Virus record (IMG/VR): IMGVR_UViG_3300020395_000014
Span: 1 to 54,522 of that record
Origin: a virus
Lineage: Duplodnaviria > Caudoviricetes
Length of the DNA: 54,522 nt
Direction: 5' to 3' (one strand)
Program-made: the position numbers and the translations under genes
Shown: positions 47,853 through 54,522 of the stretch, in pieces
Numbering within the stretch: the first letter of the stretch is position 1
Layout of the letters: every line of letters starts with the position of its first letter
The notes under the pieces: model-generated
Databases searched by the model: none
What the model was told of the DNA's origin: nothing
Seen by the model: only the letters and a program-made list of their open reading frames with translations

Positions 47853-49778
47853 ATGGCTAATATCAGGAAATCATTTAATTTTCGTAATGGTGTTCAAGTT
47901 GATGATGATAATCTAATTGTCAATCCCTATGGTCTGGTAGGTATAGGAACTACTATACCTACTGAGGCACTTGATGTTAGAGGAAAGGTTAAAGTTATTC
48001 AAGATCCTAATGTTCTTGGATCTGGAGTACTTAATGCAACTACTGGTATTGTTACTTCTTTAACAGTTGTTGAGTTAGAAGTTAATGGAAATGATTTTTC
48101 TGCTGGTGTAATTGGTGCTGGTATTAGTGTTGGAAAGGCAGGTGTTATAACAGCAACAGATCCTACGGGTGTTGTTACTTATTATGGTGATGGTAAGAAT
48201 TTATTAAATTTACCAACATCCCAATGGTTAGATATGGATGTTGGTTTAGGTTATACAAGTATATACGCTCAAGGTGGGGTAGGTATTTCAACTGATGATC
48301 CAAGATTTTTCTTACAGGTTGGTGGAAATACTGATTTAGGATATTTTGCTGATGGTGTAGGAATTAATTCTCGTGGTGGTGTTGTAGCAACAGGAGTTGT
48401 TACTGCTACTACATTTAATGGAAGTGTATTGGGTGATATTCAAGGTGGAATTGGAACTATTACACAGATTTTATCCACTAATGCTCATGCTACTGGTATT
48501 GTAACTGCTGGTATTGGATTTACTGGAGATGTAAGGGGTAATATTCTCAGTGGTATATCAACTATAGTTCAAATTAAATCCACTAATGCTCATGTTACTG
48601 GTATTGTAACTGCTGGTATTGGATTTACTGGTAATCTTACTGGTAATGTAGTAGGTCATGTAGAAGGTAATATAGTAGGTAATGTAGATTCAGTCGGTGT
48701 TTCTACATTCCACGAACTTAAAGTTACTGGAAGTATTTCTGGAGACACTGTATCTGGTATTCTTACCACTGGTGATCTAACTTCCAGTAGATCTGTACTT
48801 GGTATATCAACTGCAAGTAAACTTCACGTTACTAATCAACTTGGAGTTGGAATTAATAATCCATTAAAACAAATTGAAGTTTTTAGTGTAGGTATATCAA
48901 CTGTTGATATTCAGAGTGAAGAGACTGCAATATTACAGTTAAGTCAAAAATCATCTGTTGGAATAGGAGAAAGTACTGCTCAATTTAAGTTTGGTCAAAG
49001 TCCTAAGACTCTTGACATAATTAATGGTGATACTGGTAATGTCAATACTGTTATACATGGTGGTGGATTTGTTGGTGTAAATACTGGATCATTTAATTGG
49101 GTTTATGGTAAGACTAATACTAATTTAATGACTCTTGATTATAAGGGTAATTTGGGTATTAATAAGATACCAGAATATCCTTTAGATGTTGCTGGAATAG
49201 CAACATTTGCTGATAATGTTTATGTTAAGAGTAATTTAGATGTTCAGGGTGATACTGTTATTGATGGTAACTTAACTGTTTCTGGAACAACTCAATTTAG
49301 TTTACCTGATCTTATAAGTTCTAATATTAATAGTAGTAGTGGAATATCTACTTTCTTAAATATCCATGTTGAACAGATTATTTCTGGTGTAACAACCATT
49401 GGAATTGGTACTGCTTTGGAAAATATTGGTCCAAATATTGATCTTGATTGTCCGTTTGGAACAGCAGTCTTTAATAAAGTTGGAATTGGATCAACTCAAC
49501 CAATGGCTCAGTTGGATGTTGCTGGATCTATTCAAGGAAAATCATTCTTTGGTATAGGTGAATCTTTAGCATGTGCTGTTGACTTCTCTTCTGCTGGTAA
49601 GAATTTAGGTGGAGCATTAGGTAATAAGTCATTTATGGTTCCACCAAGAGTAACAAATACTGAAAGGAATAATTTAATTAATATAATAGGTGGGGCAATA
49701 GTTTACAATACAACAAATAGTAAACTGCAAGTCTATGTTGGATCTTATCCATCTGGTTCATGGGTTAATCTTCATTAA
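47853..49778 (+). CDS. fibre protein with G(I/V)xT beta-repeats
   Basis: Many VGIGT / TGIVTA repeats; C-terminal PPR.T..ER......GA.VYN.T..KLQ.Y.....W motif. Confidence 0.75.
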   Translation: MANIRKSFNFRNGVQVDDDNLIVNPYGLVGIGTTIPTEALDVRGKVKVIQDPNVLGSGVLNATTGIVTSLTVVELEVNGNDFSAGVIGAGISVGKAGVITATDPTGVVTYYGDGKNLLNLPTSQWLDMDVGLGYTSIYAQGGVGISTDDPRFFLQVGGNTDLGYFADGVGINSRGGVVATGVVTATTFNGSVLGDIQGGIGTITQILSTNAHATGIVTAGIGFTGDVRGNILSGISTIVQIKSTNAHVTGIVTAGIGFTGNLTGNVVGHVEGNIVGNVDSVGVSTFHELKVTGSISGDTVSGILTTGDLTSSRSVLGISTASKLHVTNQLGVGINNPLKQIEVFSVGISTVDIQSEETAILQLSQKSSVGIGESTAQFKFGQSPKTLDIINGDTGNVNTVIHGGGFVGVNTGSFNWVYGKTNTNLMTLDYKGNLGINKIPEYPLDVAGIATFADNVYVKSNLDVQGDTVIDGNLTVSGTTQFSLPDLISSNINSSSGISTFLNIHVEQIISGVTTIGIGTALENIGPNIDLDCPFGTAVFNKVGIGSTQPMAQLDVAGSIQGKSFFGIGESLACAVDFSSAGKNLGGALGNKSFMVPPRVTNTERNNLINIIGGAIVYNTTNSKLQVYVGSYPSGSWVNLH

Positions 49779-49788
49779 GGAGTAATTA

Positions 49789-52530
49789 ATGGCAGTTAGT
49801 GTAACAAAAGCTGGTCCATATTTCACTTCAGGTGAAATAAAGTGGAGTGAGTTTAGATCTAAATTTAAAGAAAAAAGTTCTGGATCAGTATCTGCTTCAG
49901 AACTTTTTCGTGACGTTAGATTAGCAGAGAGAGATCCAATTGTACCTGATTCTACTGAGAATACTTCTATACCAGTAGATTCATATCCAAATGGAACATT
50001 TTCTGGTAATAGTAATAATTGGAAAGCATCTTTAATGAGAAATTCCATTAAAAGATATACTGCTAATCAAAGTGGAGATAATAAGTTTTTAGATTTGGGA
50101 TTGAAGAGTGGATCTGATGGTATTGATTGGGATGGTCAAAATGATTTAGATACTGTTGGAAAAACAACTGGAAATTATACAAGAAATGTTCAGAAGATAA
50201 TCAATATAGCAGGAAGAGCCTTTTCTGATGATACTGGAACTAATGGATTAACTGGTGATGGTGGAACGGGAAAGGATAAGAAACCAGCAGCAAAATTAGT
50301 TTTACCTGATCCATTAAAAGCATTAAATGTAAGACTTTATGTTACTGGTGGAATATATGGATCTGCTGGAAGATCAGGATTTTATAATTATGCATCTCAA
50401 CCTGATAAAACTTTAAGTGATCCTGGTAAGGATGGTGGACCTGCTTTGACCATAAGACATATGGGTTCAGAGAGTAGAACATACATTTACAATCAAGGTG
50501 GAGAGATATTTGGTGGTGGAGGAGGTGGTGAGCAAGGTCAAATGGGTGCATGGCCTACTCAAGCAGGTATATGTCAACCAGCATCTTCAACATCATGTAG
50601 TACTTCATATTATCTTGGTGGGTATAATGAAGGTTGTCATGGTAGTGGAACTGGTGGATGTCCCAGTGGTGGATCTGTGTATGCAAGTTTACATATAGCA
50701 ACATTACCTTGTCCTCCAGGAACTCATGATGATCCCTCTGCTGGATATGGATCTATTTCTGCAGATTATTGTAGAGTAATTAATTGTACAACATATACTC
50801 CAAGTCCTTGTTCATCTACCACACCAGAACAGGGTTTAGGTGGTGCTGGTGGAGAAGGTGCTGGATGGGGATATAGACAAGCTATTAGTGGTGGAAAACA
50901 AACTAGAACATTAGGTCAACCAGGAAGATCTGAAAATATATACGCTGAATGTCAAGCTTGTGCTCAAGGTCAATCACCTTCAGGTGCTACAAACTCTACT
51001 CCTGGTGGTAAAGGTGGAGATGGTGGTGATTATGGACAACCTGGTGGAAACACTCTTGGTAGAAGTCCTCTTGCTACTGGATTATCACAAGGAGAAGGTG
51101 GTGGTAAAGGTGGTGCTGCTATTTGTGGAAAATTCTTTAAAACACCTATATTTGGTAGCACAGGAAGTGCTAATGTTAAAGGATCTGTTGGTTTAGAATG
51201 TGATGGAAGTGAAGGTACTCCAGATCCAGTTCCTGACATGCCAACAATTACTGCAAGTCATGCTGAACATATTAGATTTAATTATCCTGCAATAGATAAT
51301 ACAAATAAACAAACTTTAAATGTAACTAGTGCTTATAATTCCAGTGGATTTGCTCAAGGACCAGTTAGATGTAAACTTTATTTCTGGTGGAAAGAGATAT
51401 TTAATATTGGTTCTTATGGTGTAGAAAAGATTGAGATAAAAAAATCTGATGGTACTTTAGTTTGGTCGGTAGAAGTTGATAAAAGTAAACAAAGAGGTAA
51501 TAATTTAGTTAATGGAGATTTACCAATAACTGAATTTGAAGAAGGAATTTACGATGTTATATACACTGGATTATCCTTCTTTAACCAACCTTCTTCTGGT
51601 GCGAATTGGTTGATTAATGATAGAATAATGGAATATGGTCAGAAATTAAGATTCTTTGATGATACTCAAAATTTAACTTCACAGAATTCAGAACTTGTAA
51701 TAGCACCAGCAGATGCCACTTTTGATAGTGGTGATGGTAAGACTACAAGATGGATTGAATCATATAATTCTCAAACTATGGGTAATAAACTTGAAGATGG
51801 GTCTTGGGAATATATTGCTATTCAACAGTATTGGTCACAATTTATGCGAGATTATGCAATGTGGGGAAGTAATGATCCTGGTACTCAAGATGGTACTGAT
51901 CAAGATTACACTACAACTTGGCTTTGGAATATTCCTGATGTAAGTAAGGAAGGTGAATATACCTTCGAGATTGAGTCAGATAACTTAGCAGAATGGACTA
52001 TTGATGGTGTATCGAAAGGTAAAACTACAGATTATGATAGTCATTATCCTGCTAATGATGCTGTTAGTAAAATGGGTAAATGGGTAGATACTCAAACTGG
52101 AACCTCAATTACAGATGGTACTCCATACAAACAGTCTTTTGCTGTAGGTAATCATACAATCTCGATAAAGGTAACTAATAGACATGTAGGAGGAAGTGAT
52201 CCTGAAAATTGGCAATATAACCCTGCTGGTGTTGCATTTAGAGTTACTTTTGGTGGTCAGGAAGTATTTAATTCAACAGATATTGTAATGTCAGAAGGAA
52301 CTACGTATGGTAGATCATCAATATCTTGGGTTGCAACAAATGTAGATACAAGTGCAAGTTCTTCTGACTCAATATTTGGAACAGATACTCCTATGGATGC
52401 AAGTTTTAATGTAACTAAAACATTGCAAGGAACTACTCCAATTGCTCCTACCAGTGGATCAACTGTTTATAAGTTGTATGCGAAGAACGATGCTGGTACT
52501 TCTAATCCTGTTGTGATTAACATCAAGTAG
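49789..52530 (+). CDS. gp38-like Gly-rich adhesin with Cys-rich loop and PA14-like C-terminal domain
   Basis: G.IYG.AG..G...G..GG.AL.......I.N.GG.IFGGGGGG...GG.GG..G..G polyglycine pattern; G.YTF....DN.....IDG ... GNH.I.....N ... NPAG.A motif. Confidence 0.6.
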   Translation: MAVSVTKAGPYFTSGEIKWSEFRSKFKEKSSGSVSASELFRDVRLAERDPIVPDSTENTSIPVDSYPNGTFSGNSNNWKASLMRNSIKRYTANQSGDNKFLDLGLKSGSDGIDWDGQNDLDTVGKTTGNYTRNVQKIINIAGRAFSDDTGTNGLTGDGGTGKDKKPAAKLVLPDPLKALNVRLYVTGGIYGSAGRSGFYNYASQPDKTLSDPGKDGGPALTIRHMGSESRTYIYNQGGEIFGGGGGGEQGQMGAWPTQAGICQPASSTSCSTSYYLGGYNEGCHGSGTGGCPSGGSVYASLHIATLPCPPGTHDDPSAGYGSISADYCRVINCTTYTPSPCSSTTPEQGLGGAGGEGAGWGYRQAISGGKQTRTLGQPGRSENIYAECQACAQGQSPSGATNSTPGGKGGDGGDYGQPGGNTLGRSPLATGLSQGEGGGKGGAAICGKFFKTPIFGSTGSANVKGSVGLECDGSEGTPDPVPDMPTITASHAEHIRFNYPAIDNTNKQTLNVTSAYNSSGFAQGPVRCKLYFWWKEIFNIGSYGVEKIEIKKSDGTLVWSVEVDKSKQRGNNLVNGDLPITEFEEGIYDVIYTGLSFFNQPSSGANWLINDRIMEYGQKLRFFDDTQNLTSQNSELVIAPADATFDSGDGKTTRWIESYNSQTMGNKLEDGSWEYIAIQQYWSQFMRDYAMWGSNDPGTQDGTDQDYTTTWLWNIPDVSKEGEYTFEIESDNLAEWTIDGVSKGKTTDYDSHYPANDAVSKMGKWVDTQTGTSITDGTPYKQSFAVGNHTISIKVTNRHVGGSDPENWQYNPAGVAFRVTFGGQEVFNSTDIVMSEGTTYGRSSISWVATNVDTSASSSDSIFGTDTPMDASFNVTKTLQGTTPIAPTSGSTVYKLYAKNDAGTSNPVVINIK

Positions 52531-52599
52531 TGTTTAATTCTTAATTATTATACATACGTTTGTATGGGTTGTAAGCGAAACTTTATATTTTTTTAAGAA

Positions 52600-52656
52600 C
52601 CAGTGGCACGACTGGCACAAGGACTCCCTGACAAGGGAGTTTTTTAATGGTATAAT
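52600..52656 (+). promoter_or_regulatory. sigma70-type early promoter CTGACA-17-TATAAT (extended -10) with upstream CCAGT-N6-ACTGG inverted repeat
   Basis: -35 at 52628-52633, -10 at 52651-52656, inverted repeat at 52600-52615. Confidence 0.75.
52623..52645 (+). terminator. Rho-independent terminator ending the late fibre operon
   Basis: ACTCCCT-GACA-AGGGAGT followed by TTTTT. Confidence 0.75.
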
Positions 52657-52677
52657 ATATCCAACTGAGAAACATTG

Positions 52678-53859
52678 ATGCCATTACGTCCACACCAAAC
52701 TGATGCTCTGGATGCTATGGCAAACCATTCTAAGGGGCAAATTATCGTTCCTACAGGTGGTGGTAAGACCATGTGTATGATAGAGGATGCTAAGAGAGTA
52801 TTCCGTACACAAGAGGTTGCAACCATTGTCGTAGTCGCTCCACGTATCCTATTAGCAGAGCAACTATGTTCTGAGTTCTTGGAAACAGGAGAGTTTAACG
52901 ATGTAAGAGTCATGCACGTTCACAGTGGTGAGACTGACCATTTCTCTTCAACTAAAGTTGATGATATTAGATACCATAATTTCCTATGCTATGAGTCTAA
53001 TCAGTTAATCTTTACAACATATCATTCATTACACAGAATACAAGAGAGTAATATTGTAGTTGATGTAGTTTACTTTGACGAGGCACATAATAGTGTACAA
53101 CGAAACTTTTTCCCTGCTGTGGAACATTTTGCAACTATGGTTGCTGACAGGAGTTTTTTCTTTACTGCTACTCCTAAGCATAGTCTTACTCCTTTCAAGG
53201 CAGGAATGAATGATACTAAGGTGTATGGTCAGGTAATTGCTAATGTACCAGCACCTAAGTTAGTAGATCAGGGTTATATCCTTCCACCTAAAGTTGAGGT
53301 ATATAAGACTCGTTTGCTACGAAAGGATGAGATATTTGCTGATGTAGAGTCAGAGCAAATGCTCAATGCTATCGAAAGATTGAATGTTGATAAGGTTCTT
53401 ATATGTGCCAAGTCTACCAAACAGATTGTTAATATTACTTCTCAGTCTGATTTTTGTTATGAATTAAATCTTCGTGGTTATAATTGGATGTATATCACTG
53501 CTAAGACAGGTGCTATCATCAATGGTAAGAAAGTAGGTAGAGATAAGTTCTTTGAGACTCTCAATGCGTGGGGTAAGGATGATGATAAGAAGTTTGTAGT
53601 ATTACATCACAGTATATTGGCAGAAGGTATTAATGTAAAGGGATTAGAGGCAGCATTGTTTATGCGTAACATGGATTATATTACTATCTCTCAAACGATT
53701 GGTAGAGTAATTCGTTTAGGTAATATTAATAAGACACATGGTAAAGTTTGTATTCCAGTGTATAATAATGTTGGGATCAGTACCGCACGTAAGGTTGAGT
53801 CAGTAGTTGATACTGTATTCAATAAAGGTGAACCAGCAATTTCAGTAATAACACGATGA
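52678..53859 (+). CDS. superfamily 2 DEAH helicase (Res/UvsW-like)
   Basis: LRPHQ (Q motif), PTGGGKT, DEAH, TATP, LAEGIN, QTIGRVIR. Confidence 0.92.
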   Translation: MPLRPHQTDALDAMANHSKGQIIVPTGGGKTMCMIEDAKRVFRTQEVATIVVVAPRILLAEQLCSEFLETGEFNDVRVMHVHSGETDHFSSTKVDDIRYHNFLCYESNQLIFTTYHSLHRIQESNIVVDVVYFDEAHNSVQRNFFPAVEHFATMVADRSFFFTATPKHSLTPFKAGMNDTKVYGQVIANVPAPKLVDQGYILPPKVEVYKTRLLRKDEIFADVESEQMLNAIERLNVDKVLICAKSTKQIVNITSQSDFCYELNLRGYNWMYITAKTGAIINGKKVGRDKFFETLNAWGKDDDKKFVVLHHSILAEGINVKGLEAALFMRNMDYITISQTIGRVIRLGNINKTHGKVCIPVYNNVGISTARKVESVVDTVFNKGEPAISVITR

Positions 53860-54374
53860 TTAATTTTGAACTATTTGATTTTCCCTCTATCTTTGGTGTG
53901 GTTAAATCCACAGATGGATTAAAGAGGCAACAGACACGCCCATTAAGGGCAGAAGTACAAGAGATTGCCATTGCAAAGTATAGTGGTGGTCAATTAAAAT
54001 ATGTTGGTGATACTGAGAATGGTAGAGACTTCTTAGGTATTCACGATAATATCTATTATGAATCAAAGGGTATGGATGGATTGTTTCTTAAAACAAAACC
54101 ATATACCAGAGAGGTAACACTTATGAATTTTAAAGGTAGGAATAAAGGGTTGCCAGAACAAACATTTGATTATATGCTATTATGGGATACTAAGAATTAT
54201 ACTGCTGGAATATGCAGTTGGAACTCCTGTATGAAAAATACAAAACTTAAAGATGATTCTGTATCATTTAAAGTCAATTTTGATGATATTACATTTGTTG
54301 CAAAGAATGTAGTACCTAAAGAGAAAGGTGACTTTGGTGCTAAACTTTATAATCTAATCAAAGAAAGCGTATGA
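53856..54374 (+). CDS. hypothetical protein, possible PD-(D/E)XK nuclease
   Basis: ATGA overlap with the helicase; E...A ... GRD ... YYESK pattern. Confidence 0.55.
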   Translation: MINFELFDFPSIFGVVKSTDGLKRQQTRPLRAEVQEIAIAKYSGGQLKYVGDTENGRDFLGIHDNIYYESKGMDGLFLKTKPYTREVTLMNFKGRNKGLPEQTFDYMLLWDTKNYTAGICSWNSCMKNTKLKDDSVSFKVNFDDITFVAKNVVPKEKGDFGAKLYNLIKESV

Positions 54375-54522
54375 ATATCAAAGAAGACGAATACATGTCA
54401 AGTGATGTGTGGAAAAGAAATATTCCACCAGTTACTAATTTTAAGAGAGGAAGTACCTACAATCAATTTGGTATGTGGGTTATGTGGACTTATTATATCA
54501 TTGTTGCTATGATGATAGTAAG
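54371..54522 (+). CDS. small membrane-protein-like ORF (3'-truncated)
   Basis: ATGA overlap; MNIKEDEYMSSDVWKRNIPPVTNFKRGSTYNQFGMWVMWTYYIIVAMMIV with a hydrophobic end. Confidence 0.6.
   Translation, partial: MNIKEDEYMSSDVWKRNIPPVTNFKRGSTYNQFGMWVMWTYYIIVAMMIV

Noticed and set aside
52531-52600. Structured ncRNA, riboswitch or tRNA in the largest intergenic gap
   Set aside because: Only a 5-bp hairpin is visible; no cloverleaf or recognisable aptamer; an Infernal/Rfam search would be needed to exclude it fully

Overview
AT-rich segment of a T4-like myovirus genome. Gene content, order and protein style point to a marine cyanophage (Kyanoviridae, P-SSM2-like); this is an inference, as no host-derived marker gene is in the window. 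1-12430 is the conserved core: 3' end of gp32, a minus-strand gp53-gp48-gp2-gp4 block, then gp54-like, gp26, gp51, two paralogous tape-measure-like genes, a gp27-like hub and a gp5 split into an OB-fold protein and a separate spike-like protein. 12430-52530 is a ~40 kb fibre/adhesin island built from a small set of reused modules. Five proteins start with the same FPNSP...W.W.G..W head, and nine DGDLWW...YY...QWV domains are spread over four proteins, five of them in one collagen-linked scaffold. One half-domain in that scaffold appears to be completed by the N-terminus of another gene. The fibres end in different tips: beta-helix, tail-collar/HxH needle, Gly-rich domain, gp38-like adhesin, small duplicated cap proteins and possibly a subtilisin. 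Cupredoxin-like and SPRY-like inserts and an adjacent collagen-type prolyl 4-hydroxylase are also present. The best candidate for an undescribed system is a plug-and-socket, branched, multi-tipped fibre tree with possible collagen hydroxylation. Many structural genes have their own (C/A)TAAATA late promoter. From 52600 a sigma70-type promoter/terminator junction drives a helicase + putative nuclease + membrane protein operon. All family assignments are motif recognition by eye; no database searches were run.
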